Numbered from the stretch's first letter, positions 8,782-18,891 are shown. The stretch is 64,000 nucleotides of DNA from Candidatus Borrarchaeum weybense (GCA_019057385.1 JAHQJS010000006.1:645038-709037); one strand, 5' to 3'. Notes: a model not told the origin generated them from the sequence alone. Numbers and translations: made by a program.

Positions 8782-10647
8782 GTGAGTTATCCTGCAATTA
8801 AAGGATGTGAAAAAGTGTCGGAAAGAAAGACAACAGATGATGATGATGAGGAATTAGAAGTAATTCCTGCAGGTAAAATAAAGTGTTTCATTACAGGTAA
8901 ATTAAGAAAAGACACACCAGAAGAGAGAATACGACAAGATGTAGCTAGAAGTCTTGTAGAAGAGTATGGTTATGAAAAAAGTGATATTGAAGTCGAATTC
9001 TCTGTTAAAATGGGACGTGCAAGGAAGCGAGCAGATATTGTAATCTTTTATGAAAAGAAGGCTCACACCCAAGAAAACGCTTATATAATTATCGAAGTAA
9101 AAACGGAAAAAGTGAAGCCATCAGATAGAAAAGAGGGAATAAACCAACTTAAGACTTATGTGGCAGCTTGTCTTAATTGTTCATTTGCACTTTGGGTAGG
9201 TAACGAGAGATTAGCGTTTAAAATTATAAAAGTGAAAGGAAAAAGAGATATTGAGGAAATCTCTGATATACCTAAAAGAGGAGAAACAACTGCTCCCAGA
9301 TACACAAAAGGAACACTCGTCCCTGCAGTGGAATTAAAGCAGGTGTTTAAGCGAACTCACAATTATATTTATGCCAATCAAGGTCTCCAAAAGGATAAGG
9401 CCTTTGAAGAGTTACAAAAACTCATTTTCATAAAAGTTTATGACGAACAATATAGTCCGCGATTGCAGTTTTACATCTCAGATGATGAAGAAACCTCTGA
9501 TCTGAGGGAGCGATTAACTGAAGTTTTCAAGAAGGTGCAAAGCCGTTATAAATATATCTTTAAGGGCGACGAAAAAATAGAATTGAATGATACTATACTT
9601 AGATATATTGCGAAAGAACTACAAAGATTTAGTCTTGTAGAGACGGAGACGGATATAAAAGGCGAAGCGTACGAAGAAATAGTAGGTCCTAATTTAAGGG
9701 GGGACAGAGGAGAATTTTTTACAGCAAGAAATGTTTGCAAAATGACCATAGGAATGCTCTTTTCGCTGTTTCCTGAAGAAAAAGTAACAAGCCCTGGTGC
9801 ATTAAAACTCCTTGATCCTGCTGTAGGAACAGGAGGTTTTTTAATAGCGAGTGTACAAAAGATAAAACAGTTAACGGAAAAACGTGGATTCAAATATGAT
9901 CGATTGAGGGACTTAGTTAGAGAAGTATCAAATACTAACCTTTTTGGTATAGATTTTAATCCATTCTTAGTAAAGGTTGCCCAGATGAACATGGTTATGC
10001 ATGGAGATGGTTCCGCAAACATATTTCAAACTAATTCTCTTGAAAATCCATCCAACTGGAGAGATGATGTGAAGAATGCAATTAAATTTGAAGAATTTGA
10101 TATAGTCGTAACTAATCCTCCATTTGGTACTCAAGCATTAATAGACAACACTGATATACTGGATCAATATGAATTAACCAAAATTGACGCGAAATCTCCA
10201 AGAACATCACTTCCACCAGAACAATTGTTTATCGAACGATGCTTGGATTTCCTGAAACCAGGTGGTTTTTTGGGAATAGTTCTTCCCGATAGTATTTTGA
10301 GCAATCCTGGGCTAACATGGATCAGAAAATGGATACTTAAAAAAACTTACATGATTGCAAGCGTAGATTTGCCAGGAGAAACTTTTGAGCCCCATACTGG
10401 AACGCAAACAAGCATTCTTATACTGAAAAAGAAAAAAACAGAGCAAGAAAAAATAACAGAGGATTATGAGGCTTTTATGGCGCTACCTGAAAAAGTAGGC
10501 CACGACCGAAGAGGCAATCCATTGATAAAAACTACACCAGATGGAAAGAGAATATTAGATACTAATAATAACCCTGTACTTGATGATCATCTTCCCATAG
10601 TAACTCAAAAATTTGAAGAGTGGGTTAGAAGGAAGGGAATGGCATAA
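8782..10647 (+). CDS. Fused restriction endonuclease / N6-adenine DNA methyltransferase
   Basis: N-terminal TPEE..Q, ADIV..IEVK and Q...Y nuclease motifs; GEFFT, DPAVGTGGF (motif I), NPPF (motif IV). Confidence 0.9.
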   Translation: MSYPAIKGCEKVSERKTTDDDDEELEVIPAGKIKCFITGKLRKDTPEERIRQDVARSLVEEYGYEKSDIEVEFSVKMGRARKRADIVIFYEKKAHTQENAYIIIEVKTEKVKPSDRKEGINQLKTYVAACLNCSFALWVGNERLAFKIIKVKGKRDIEEISDIPKRGETTAPRYTKGTLVPAVELKQVFKRTHNYIYANQGLQKDKAFEELQKLIFIKVYDEQYSPRLQFYISDDEETSDLRERLTEVFKKVQSRYKYIFKGDEKIELNDTILRYIAKELQRFSLVETETDIKGEAYEEIVGPNLRGDRGEFFTARNVCKMTIGMLFSLFPEEKVTSPGALKLLDPAVGTGGFLIASVQKIKQLTEKRGFKYDRLRDLVREVSNTNLFGIDFNPFLVKVAQMNMVMHGDGSANIFQTNSLENPSNWRDDVKNAIKFEEFDIVVTNPPFGTQALIDNTDILDQYELTKIDAKSPRTSLPPEQLFIERCLDFLKPGGFLGIVLPDSILSNPGLTWIRKWILKKTYMIASVDLPGETFEPHTGTQTSILILKKKKTEQEKITEDYEAFMALPEKVGHDRRGNPLIKTTPDGKRILDTNNNPVLDDHLPIVTQKFEEWVRRKGMA

Positions 10648-12058
10648 AATGGAAAATGGTAACCCAATTATCTTTGAAGTAGAATCCCAATGGTTAATGG
10701 AAGATGAGATGAGGCTTAACGCCTCTTCATTTTCTCCAGATGCTGCCAAAGCCTTGGTGTTGATTGATGAATTAAAGAGTAAAGGTGTAAACATCGCTGT
10801 AGTCGATAATATTGTAAAGGATGTCTTCTATCCCACAAGGTTTAAAAGAATATACGCAAAAGAAGGAACAAGTTTTTTATCATCTAAGGATATTTTTGAT
10901 CTAGTACAAGTAGGTAAAAGGATAAAAAACGCAACAGAAGAATACCTAATAAAGCCCAACTGGATTTTAGTAACACGATCTGGAAGCGTTGGAAGAGTTT
11001 TAATTTCAAATAAATATATCAGCAAGGCAGCTATCTCAGAACACGTAATAAGGGTTGTCCCCGATAAAAATACGCCTATAGGTTATCTTTATGGCTATTT
11101 ACTCTCAACAATAGGACAATCACTATTAATCAAGAATATTTTTGGTGGTGTTGTTGATGAAATTGAACCCCATCATATAAAATCAATTCCTATCCCTAGA
11201 ATCCAAGAATTAGAAGAAAAAATAAATCAGAAAATCCTTGATGTTTGTAAATTAAGGGAAGAAGCACAAAAGCACCTTTTAAAGGTAGAAAAAATGTTAT
11301 ACGCAGAGTTAGGGTTGCCAGAACTGAAGAGGGAGGAGGTTGAATATTTTGGTGGAGAGGACGGCAGAATTATTAGAAGTTTTGAGATCAAAGCAAGCGA
11401 ACTAGACTTACGTTTAGATGCTTCCTATCACTTGCCATTATTTCATTTAGCGATGCAAAAATTAAGAAACGTAAAATCAGGAATTTTCAGAAGGTTAAAA
11501 GATGTTGCTAATTCATTTGTTCCACCAAGGTTTAAAAGAGCGTACGTTAAAGATATGTCCAAAGGTATTCCTTTACTTCAAGGAACACACATCCCCCAAA
11601 TAAAACCCCTGGATATTAAGTATCTGTGGAAAAAGATGAAAAATTTAGAAAAATATATTGTCAAAAAAAATTGGATTCTTTTAACTAGTTCAGGAACTAT
11701 TGGAAGACTTTCACTAGTTAGAAATCAATGGGATGGATGGACTTCAACAAATCACCTTTTAAGGATTATACCCAATGAAAGAGAAATACATCCTGGTTAT
11801 CTAACTGCTTTTTTACATAGTACTTACGGACAAATTCAATTTCAACGATTGATCTATGGTGGTGTTGTTGATGAAATTGGAGAGGCAGGAGAACTATTCA
11901 ATGATGTCCTAATATTAAAGCCCAATGATGAAAATATTGAGAAGAAGATTGGCAAACTTGTTTTTGAGGCTTATGACAAAAGAGATAAAGCAAATCGAAT
12001 TGAACACAAAGCAATAAAACTACTTGAAAAAAGACTAGAAGAGCTTGCTAAGGGATAA
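10613..12058 (+). CDS. Restriction-modification specificity (HsdS-like) subunit
   Basis: Two repeated halves (RLxAS, PxRFKRxY, SGxxGR, GGVVDEI) indicating two target recognition domains. Confidence 0.88.
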   Translation: MKSGLEGREWHKMENGNPIIFEVESQWLMEDEMRLNASSFSPDAAKALVLIDELKSKGVNIAVVDNIVKDVFYPTRFKRIYAKEGTSFLSSKDIFDLVQVGKRIKNATEEYLIKPNWILVTRSGSVGRVLISNKYISKAAISEHVIRVVPDKNTPIGYLYGYLLSTIGQSLLIKNIFGGVVDEIEPHHIKSIPIPRIQELEEKINQKILDVCKLREEAQKHLLKVEKMLYAELGLPELKREEVEYFGGEDGRIIRSFEIKASELDLRLDASYHLPLFHLAMQKLRNVKSGIFRRLKDVANSFVPPRFKRAYVKDMSKGIPLLQGTHIPQIKPLDIKYLWKKMKNLEKYIVKKNWILLTSSGTIGRLSLVRNQWDGWTSTNHLLRIIPNEREIHPGYLTAFLHSTYGQIQFQRLIYGGVVDEIGEAGELFNDVLILKPNDENIEKKIGKLVFEAYDKRDKANRIEHKAIKLLEKRLEELAKG

Positions 12059-12485
12059 AGGCAATAGTCTATCTGAAAAGACTAAAAGACTAAAAGATTT
12101 AAAATCCTCCCTGACACCCCCAGGTAAACATAGGGGTAGAATTTTGCATTTTTTTGCCTGAAAGGCGATTTCCCCCTCACTAAGGTTTTTTAACCCCTTC
12201 TGTTCCAATTTTTGGTCTCAATTTCACTCATCTCTCATATAGTATTTTTATCGGAGATGTTTTATTGGAAATTGTTGGAGAGATACTGATATGAAATGAG
12301 TCGGAAGCAGTACAGGTCACACGCGATGTCGAGTATATTCAGGACATACTTATTGTGCTGGGAATATCGTGTGTGCTGGTGCTCATCTACGTTATGTATC
12401 ATTTTAAAAGTACTTAGGTACTGATGAACATTCTCAAACAAAACTTCTTAAGAAATAACTTTGTTAGTAGTACGTGGTGAACTAA

Positions 12486-12626
12486 ATGGGAAACCGTGAA
12501 GAATTGACCAAAAGTTTGAGAGAGGCAGTTGCAAGAGTTAAAGCATTATCACCAGAAGAGATGGCAGAACGAGGCAAGAAAGCGACATTAGCATTTATGA
12601 AACTACGCAAGGAGGGTGTTATTTGA
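12486..12626 (+). CDS. 46-aa hypothetical protein (not in ORF track)
   Basis: MGNREELTKSLREAVARVK...; GGTGA SD; stop overlaps the next start. Confidence 0.5.
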   Translation: MGNREELTKSLREAVARVKALSPEEMAERGKKATLAFMKLRKEGVI

Positions 12627-12838
12627 ACGAAAATGAGCGTAGAGAAGCATGCGCACTTTTAAATCGGATTGAAGCAACCCAATTTCGTAATCTCGCTAAT
12701 GCTTGGGAGGACGGCCAATTAGAACAATTCTGGAGTACAGTCTCGGGTTTGCAGCGGATTTCAGAAGTAGAAGAACGGGTCTGCAAGAACGTAGAGGGGT
12801 ATATATGCCTCGTAAATAATCTCCCCAGTCAAGAGTGA
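12623..12838 (+). CDS. Hypothetical protein
   Basis: ORF track; GGAGGGTG SD. Confidence 0.5.
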   Translation: MNENERREACALLNRIEATQFRNLANAWEDGQLEQFWSTVSGLQRISEVEERVCKNVEGYICLVNNLPSQE

Positions 12839-12939
12839 ACTGAGTTTAATTTCTTTTTGTCTAATTTCTCTTTTTTCTTATTACCTAAGTAGTCATATAC
12901 TAAAAACCAAAAACTAAGACATAAAACTTAAATATTAAG

Positions 12940-13016
12940 TTTGTTATTACAAGTGTAATAACAAAGTAGTAAGTTGTGATAACGAAATAGTTCCTGGTCC
13001 AGAATTGTTATCACAA
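12940..13016. promoter_or_regulatory. Two inverted repeats, probable operators of the downstream RHH gene
   Basis: TTTGTTATTAC-aagt-GTAATAACAAA (12940-12965); TTGTGATAAC (12974) / GTTATCACAA (13007). Confidence 0.6.
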
Positions 13017-13328
13017 ATTGGGGTGTATATTTTGAGACGTAAATGGGGCGAAAAGGACAGTTATATCAATTTTCGGATAGAACAAGAAAAGAAAAAAGCT
13101 TGGAAAGATGAGGTAGAGGACGATCCTAAAACAAAATCACTAACAGAGTTCATAACCCGCCGTGTAGATTCATACGACAAGTTACGGAGAGGATTCAAAA
13201 TTCTTAACGAGTCGTTAGCAAAATTGCCCCAATCTGCACTGAAAGTCTTAGCAAAAGAACTCTCCGATGAAGAGAGGCAGTTTATAGAACTTATTGAGGA
13301 GGAGTTTTTACATAATGGCACTAAGTAG
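13005..13328 (+). CDS. Ribbon-helix-helix-like regulator
   Basis: YINFRIEQEKKKAWK...SLTEFI. Confidence 0.6.
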   Translation: MLSQIGVYILRRKWGEKDSYINFRIEQEKKKAWKDEVEDDPKTKSLTEFITRRVDSYDKLRRGFKILNESLAKLPQSALKVLAKELSDEERQFIELIEEEFLHNGTK

Positions 13329-13821
13329 GGCATTAAAAGAGGCGGAAGAATCCGAAGAAGAACCTATTCTGCCACCTGAACTTAAAACTGAACTAAAGGA
13401 TACCATAGAAATAAAAAAGAATGACTTAAAACGATACGAGACTCAAAAAAAAGAACTTAAGAAACTTAAGAAGGATTTAGAACACTACAAAAAACAAGAA
13501 GCCGAACTTGAAACCCTCAAAAAGCAGTTATCGAAATTGGAAACAAAGGCGCAACAAGAGGTAACTTCAGAATTAGAGGATCGAATTAACCACTTGGAGA
13601 CCAAAATAGCAAGTTTATCAAAAATACAGAGGACATCAAAACTAGAGATCCCTCCTTTGGAGGAATTCATATCTTGGCTCAAAGAGAATCGAGGTATTCG
13701 TTCCGCACCCTATATGATTAAGAGATTGACGGGTGAGGGAACGAAACACGGAGAAGCAAAATCAGCGGCAGAAATACGTACTGCATTTGATCTTTTGAGA
13801 GTTATGCTTTCTCAATCCTAA
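13294..13821 (+). CDS. Coiled-coil protein
   Basis: Long E/K/L heptads; probable start ATG 13315. Confidence 0.65.
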   Translation: MRRSFYIMALSRALKEAEESEEEPILPPELKTELKDTIEIKKNDLKRYETQKKELKKLKKDLEHYKKQEAELETLKKQLSKLETKAQQEVTSELEDRINHLETKIASLSKIQRTSKLEIPPLEEFISWLKENRGIRSAPYMIKRLTGEGTKHGEAKSAAEIRTAFDLLRVMLSQS

Positions 13822-14065
13822 TCTCTTTTTCTAATCACATTAATATGATAAATTTTTTATTTTTTCCAAATATTTGTATTAATCTCCTAATTTTGTCGGA
13901 TAGCATCCCACTCCAATTGAGTTTATTATTAAGTATTAGTTCTCAAAATATAACTTTTATGACTCAGTTTTTGTGTATGAGATAAGTTATAATACCTAAA
14001 AACTAAATAATACTAACGTTTATAAATTTTGAACCTTTTAAATGGAACACAGATAGGTATAACGA

Positions 14066-15307
14066 ATGTCATTAGAAAAGATCTTACGAGGAATACTTTC
14101 AAATCAAAAGATACAAAACCTCGGTTTACCTTTGATAAGTTGGATAAAAGACTCAAATAGAAGACGCTCTATTTTCCTAGTACCTATAGGATTAATTAAC
14201 ATTCTAGTTTCAATTCTGACATATCAAAAGTATGTCTTATCACTTGTTTTTTTTCTATGCATTATAATAAGCGTTATTATAATAAGTATTATCTTAACTT
14301 CAGGGGGTCTAAAATATTCAAACACATTAACGAAAAAGGGTTCTTCAGAAAATGTGCTAATGTTTTTGAATATAGGGAAGTATACTTTTCTTGATAGAAT
14401 TACAGAAATAGCACTTAAGCCGTATAGCCTTCTTCTAGGACTACTAATACTCGTTACTTTGTTAAGACAGATAGTAAATCCCTATTATGTGAATATATTT
14501 ATTCCTTACGAATTTTTAGATATATCATTTCATGTTTTGGTAAACATTTTAGTCTTCTCAATGATTCTAATTATGTATTCCACAATTAAAGACCCTTTTA
14601 GACCTAATCCTCAAGAGGGATCCCTCTATTGCCTTTTAGGAATAGATTCTTATTTAGACGATCTAATAAAAGAAACTCCAACACTTCAAAAAACTAAAGT
14701 TGAATGGGATAAGCTCATTGAAGAAAGAGAGAAAAAAGAAAACTCAAATAAAGAAATTAAGCGATTAAAAAAATTCGGAGAGGTTCTTTTCGAGGGAAGA
14801 GAACTCAAATCTGAAGAAGATAAATTGGACTTCGCCACAATTTTTCGCCCCATACTTCTTAGTCAAGCTCTGAAACACCCCTTAAGAGTAAGAAAAAGTC
14901 GAGAAACTGAAAAACATTTCATCCTATTAGAAGAGTTTTATAGATATATGAAGGGATATTTTTCTTTTTTTGACTCATTACTTGACGAAGGAGAGGAATT
15001 CACTAATTGCATTGGAACTATGTATTTAATTATAAGATACGGCAATTTAGAAGAAAGAAAAGAACTATCGTCTCTCCTTTATAAGATTATAGTATATCTA
15101 TTTATGGATATGATCCCTGAAACTTTAGAATGTTTTAGTAAAATAATGGATGCTGCACCAAGACTGAGCAACTTAAAAGGGATTGTTAATACTCACTTTG
15201 AGAAAATCAAGAAAAGACCATGGAAAGAACCGTATACTTCAAGTTCAAATATTTTAACGATCCTTACCTTTATTGGTATGACTATTCTCTCAATTCTACT
15301 GGCATAA
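14066..15307 (+). CDS. Membrane protein of unknown function
   Basis: About four N-terminal TM segments, soluble helical domain, C-terminal TM. Confidence 0.7.
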   Translation: MSLEKILRGILSNQKIQNLGLPLISWIKDSNRRRSIFLVPIGLINILVSILTYQKYVLSLVFFLCIIISVIIISIILTSGGLKYSNTLTKKGSSENVLMFLNIGKYTFLDRITEIALKPYSLLLGLLILVTLLRQIVNPYYVNIFIPYEFLDISFHVLVNILVFSMILIMYSTIKDPFRPNPQEGSLYCLLGIDSYLDDLIKETPTLQKTKVEWDKLIEEREKKENSNKEIKRLKKFGEVLFEGRELKSEEDKLDFATIFRPILLSQALKHPLRVRKSRETEKHFILLEEFYRYMKGYFSFFDSLLDEGEEFTNCIGTMYLIIRYGNLEERKELSSLLYKIIVYLFMDMIPETLECFSKIMDAAPRLSNLKGIVNTHFEKIKKRPWKEPYTSSSNILTILTFIGMTILSILLA

Positions 15308-15614
15308 AGATAAATACCTGTTAAAGAGGGAGTCCCAATAGGATGAGCATAGGTTGTAATAAATGTAACAAAGTATATTTTTAAATTATTTGAGGTAAAT
15401 TTCTCCTCACATTTTTTGGGAAAATAAAAAAAAGGAGAAAAGTCGGCTTCTTTTACCGTAATCCTTTTGTAGTAAGACGTACAACTGTTGTCTTAGCGCG
15501 AAGCTTATCTATCGAGGGAGTCCCGATGACATTCCTTTTTGGGACGTATCGGGGTGAGGTAGGTAGGCGTGAAACATTTTTTTTAACTACCTTCCTCGGT
15601 GATAGATAAACGCT

Positions 15615-15788
15615 TCAACTCTCTTTCTCTACTGCATCTATAGCGTTGTCTACTATTTTATCTTCGATTTCCTTTTCGAGTGTATCTAATTTTTCTTCTG
15701 TCTTCATTGATTCATCTTTAGTGATTTTTCGTACTAACTTAAGCATATCTGCAAAAGCGAACTGTTTCCCTGTAGTAAATGCGTTTAT
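15615..15788 (-). CDS. Small hypothetical protein, possible ATA start
   Basis: AGGAGGTG SD then ATA AAC GCA...; 57 open codons; an internal ATG also exists. Confidence 0.4.
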   Translation of the reverse strand: MNAFTTGKQFAFADMLKLVRKITKDESMKTEEKLDTLEKEIEDKIVDNAIDAVEKES

Positions 15789-15952
15789 CTACTCCACCTC
15801 CTTTTAATATATTCGGTTTGCTCTCACAATGAGCTGTACTTGTATTTAAAAAGAGGGAGGCGTCTTTACAACTAAAAAAGTGAAACTATACGTTCAAACG
15901 TATTATACACCCTTACTTGATCAAAACTAAAAAAAGAGAAAGAAACTGAGAG

Positions 15953-16090
15953 CACCACAGGGGGGGAGTTTTTCAGTCAGCAGGAAAATAGTTCTCTGGA
16001 TTCCCCTAGCAAAGCAGGACTTCGCTAGGGGATCTACTATAACTCCTGTAGAGGATTTCCTGACCGACTTATGAAATCCCCTGTGGCTAC
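15953..16090 (-). ncRNA. Candidate structured non-coding RNA (~135 nt)
   Basis: Four nested stems whose mismatches become G-U pairs only on the minus strand; TATA-like tract upstream (16122-16140) and U-tract downstream (15923-15945) on that strand. Confidence 0.6.
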
Positions 16091-16319
16091 CATTACAGTA
16101 GCTGTCTGGTAGACCTCTTTCTTATATCTTATATTTATATTTTTAGGTCTCATTCCTTAGTACTTAGGTACTTAGGAAGAAGTCTATCGAAAAAGTTGTC
16201 ATTGTTACCTGGTAAAACAAACATCGCTCTTAGACTAAAAAATATTTGAGTTTCGATATAATAAGATCAAAAATAATTGAATGAAAATAAAACTATAGTC
16301 TTATTTTCATTAGTGAGAT

Positions 16320-16808
16320 CTAATATGATTGAGTCGCAATCACAAGCCAAGGCTCCATGAAAGTAAAAATGGTAATTTGTAAATCAGAAGAGCCTCTCCT
16401 TAGTAAACCTTGTAAAAGTTCCAGACGACCCTGTTCGAGAAAAATTAGGTCGATATTTACCGTGTTATTCTTCATAGTTCGAAAATCAATGAAAACTAGC
16501 CCGTCGAGTTTTTTAGACTTAAATGGTTCGTAAAGCCTCCTTTCTACATCCTTCGGAATACCATGCGTTATGATAGTATGCATTCCTTTGAAATCAGAGA
16601 GTTTCTGAAATTTAATCCATTCTTGAAGTCTAGAAAGACGAAATAAACCGCTCGTATGATAGGAACTATGCAAGTCGGTTTCTGGAAAAGAAATAGCAGG
16701 TCCTAAATAAATACTTCCATCTCTCGCTTGTTTGATCCAAACGACTCTCCATAATTCATCTCCATCATCAGTAACCACTACTTCAACATGCCTTTTCTCG
16801 GTTTCCAT
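16320..16808 (-). CDS. Hypothetical protein
   Basis: 162-aa ORF directly downstream of the HIT gene. Confidence 0.65.
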   Translation of the reverse strand: METEKRHVEVVVTDDGDELWRVVWIKQARDGSIYLGPAISFPETDLHSSYHTSGLFRLSRLQEWIKFQKLSDFKGMHTIITHGIPKDVERRLYEPFKSKKLDGLVFIDFRTMKNNTVNIDLIFLEQGRLELLQGLLRRGSSDLQITIFTFMEPWLVIATQSY

Positions 16809-16817
16809 TTTTAATCA

Positions 16818-17468
16818 TCATTGAGAGATCTTTTCAATTGTCGCTTTAATCTCTTCGATGAATTTTTCCCGTTCTTCATTGGGTCTTGCCCATTTATTCG
16901 ACGAAAGTAGTTTCTTATGGTCATTCAAAATACCTTCCGCAGTTTTGATTTTATGATTTCCCTTGCGGATCTTATCTTCTTTCTGATCTTCCTCTGTCAT
17001 CCCTTCTTTTCGATCTTTCTCTACAATCCAGCGTGCTTCTTCAAACTCCTTTTCAAAAAGGAACATGTGCCCAGTCTCGTCTCCTTCAAATCTTGGGATT
17101 AAATGAAAATGAAAAGGAAAATTTTTTGTTTCGCATTCACTTACTACGTAGACTCTCACACACTTGTTTCCTTCTGAATCAGTCAGAAAATCTTGCATTT
17201 TCCGAGTTACGTCACGTATCACTTCCATTATTTCTTGCATATGGTTTTCGTCTTCAAACAATCCTTCATCGGTTATGTCTCCATAACCTTTCCATGAGAT
17301 TACGAGCAAGTGCCCAGAGTTGGCAGGTTTGTCAGGAACTATAACCCAATAACTCTCATTCTTGCAATCTCTTTTGATCTTTCTCGGACGAAGTTTATTC
17401 TGCCAATCGAGCACCCAATCAGATGTGGTCTCACTCATAAGTCCATTCCCCCCTCTATCCAAATGCAT
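16818..17468 (-). CDS. HIT-family nucleotide hydrolase
   Basis: GHLLVI and FHFHLIPR histidine-triad-like motifs. Confidence 0.8.
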   Translation of the reverse strand: MHLDRGGNGLMSETTSDWVLDWQNKLRPRKIKRDCKNESYWVIVPDKPANSGHLLVISWKGYGDITDEGLFEDENHMQEIMEVIRDVTRKMQDFLTDSEGNKCVRVYVVSECETKNFPFHFHLIPRFEGDETGHMFLFEKEFEEARWIVEKDRKEGMTEEDQKEDKIRKGNHKIKTAEGILNDHKKLLSSNKWARPNEEREKFIEEIKATIEKISQ

Positions 17469-17520
17469 CGTATGCTATAAGGAGCTATCACCCTAAAAAA
17501 TCTAATTACTCATTTTGAAC

Positions 17521-17564
17521 TACCTAAGTACTAAGATTTGAGTTTACAGTAATGAGAATAGTAA
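17521..17564. repeat. 44-bp direct repeat, copy 1
   Basis: tacctaagtactaagatttgagtttacagtaatgagaatagtaa; 43/44 identical to 18848-18891. Confidence 0.95.
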
Positions 17565-17594
17565 ACTAAAAAAAAAGAGAGAGGTGTGGTGTCG

Positions 17595-18248
17595 TTAGTC
17601 TCTATCCAACTCTACATATGTCTCTTTGTATTCTGGATAATCTCGATGCACCCTCTTACGGATTGTCTCAGGGTCTAATGGGAAAATTACTTCCTTGACT
17701 TTTAAGGTTACCTCTTTGAATGGTTCGGGGAGTACAGTCCATAGTTTTTCAGCAATAGACAAACCAAATGGTGTCAGTTCCGTAAGCAGTGAGGCTTGTT
17801 TAGGGTGTTTTCCCCACGGTTTATACTTAAGCGTGACCATTCCTTTTTTCTCTAGTCGTTTAAGGTCATCAGACAAGTTTTTGGGAACAGGTCCTCGCGG
17901 TGCAGGTTCAAATTCGTCATGAGGGAAAGTCTCCCCTATGTCTAGGTGTACCATTTTCTGCCATTGATAGAAAAGCATCTTGTTCAAATGATATTTGTAA
18001 TGTACTTGTCCTTCTTTGAAAACACCAGGTTTAACGAAGAGCATCATTAACCACGCGATATCTCTGGGTTCCAGATCGTATTGCGCTGCCAACATCCTAA
18101 ACTCTGCTGTCGCAACGTCTGATGGATAAACTCGAATTCTACCAGTTTTCACATTTTTGATTGCAGGGACATCTTTCAAGTGGATAGTATTCCCTCGCCA
18201 ATCGACTGAATCCATATCGATGGCTATTGGTATCCAGTTACCTTCCAA
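17595..18248 (-). CDS. Putative antitoxin: MqsA/YgiT-like N-terminus plus Panacea (DUF4065/SocA)-like domain
   Basis: TIHLKDVPAIKNVKTG (Cys-less YgiT-like ribbon); LNKMLFY...FEPAPRGPV...LTPFG. Confidence 0.6.
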   Translation of the reverse strand: MEGNWIPIAIDMDSVDWRGNTIHLKDVPAIKNVKTGRIRVYPSDVATAEFRMLAAQYDLEPRDIAWLMMLFVKPGVFKEGQVHYKYHLNKMLFYQWQKMVHLDIGETFPHDEFEPAPRGPVPKNLSDDLKRLEKKGMVTLKYKPWGKHPKQASLLTELTPFGLSIAEKLWTVLPEPFKEVTLKVKEVIFPLDPETIRKRVHRDYPEYKETYVELDRD

Positions 18249-18285
18249 TTTTATCTCACCTTAATTCTTCAATTGAAATATTTAT

Positions 18286-18549
18286 TCATTTCCTCTTCGG
18301 AGGACCTACGGGTTTACCTCTTTTCAGTTGTTGTACGCCTATTATTACGATTTTATCATCTTCCTCTTTCTGACAATCTACCGCGTAGCGCGGTCCCGCA
18401 CTCAGGTACACGATTTCTCGCCATTTCCTTTTTGCTTTTGGTCTTGTAGGGGCGGAATCTCTCAACATTTTTTTACGTATTTGCTCAATAATTGTTGGAT
18501 GGACCTTTGACTTAAAAGGGACTTTAGGATCAATGATGATATCTAACAT
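18286..18549 (-). CDS. Small basic protein, putative toxin (RelE-like size)
   Basis: 87 aa, basic, immediately upstream of the putative antitoxin. Confidence 0.45.
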   Translation of the reverse strand: MLDIIIDPKVPFKSKVHPTIIEQIRKKMLRDSAPTRPKAKRKWREIVYLSAGPRYAVDCQKEEDDKIVIIGVQQLKRGKPVGPPKRK

Positions 18550-18847
18550 TGACGATCAACCCTGTCAAAAGTGTTAAACTTTTGTCAAGCAAAAATGTAA
18601 TCTGAACTTCAGATTCGCCAAAAAGTGTAATATGTACTGCTGTTTCTTATATTTTGCTGGCAATCCATCCAAAAAAAGTGTCTATAATGGCGTTATTTTA
18701 TTTCATTTCAGATTACCTAATTATCATATACATACATATATCTTAAAAGTTTTCTGTAGCAACAGTAATATTGCTAGATAGTATATATACCTCTCTCAAA
18801 AAATGCTCATATAGAGACTCTCTATAAACTAATTGCTCGTTTTTAGT

Positions 18848-18891
18848 TACCTAAGTACTAAGATTTGAGTTTACAGTAATGGGAATAGTAA
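18848..18891. repeat. 44-bp direct repeat, copy 2
   Basis: Matches 17521-17564 with one A/G difference. Confidence 0.95.

Noticed and set aside
12076-12200. AAAGACT short repeat and C/G-run segment as a packaging site or origin
   Set aside because: Resemblance only; no supporting genes or clear structure.
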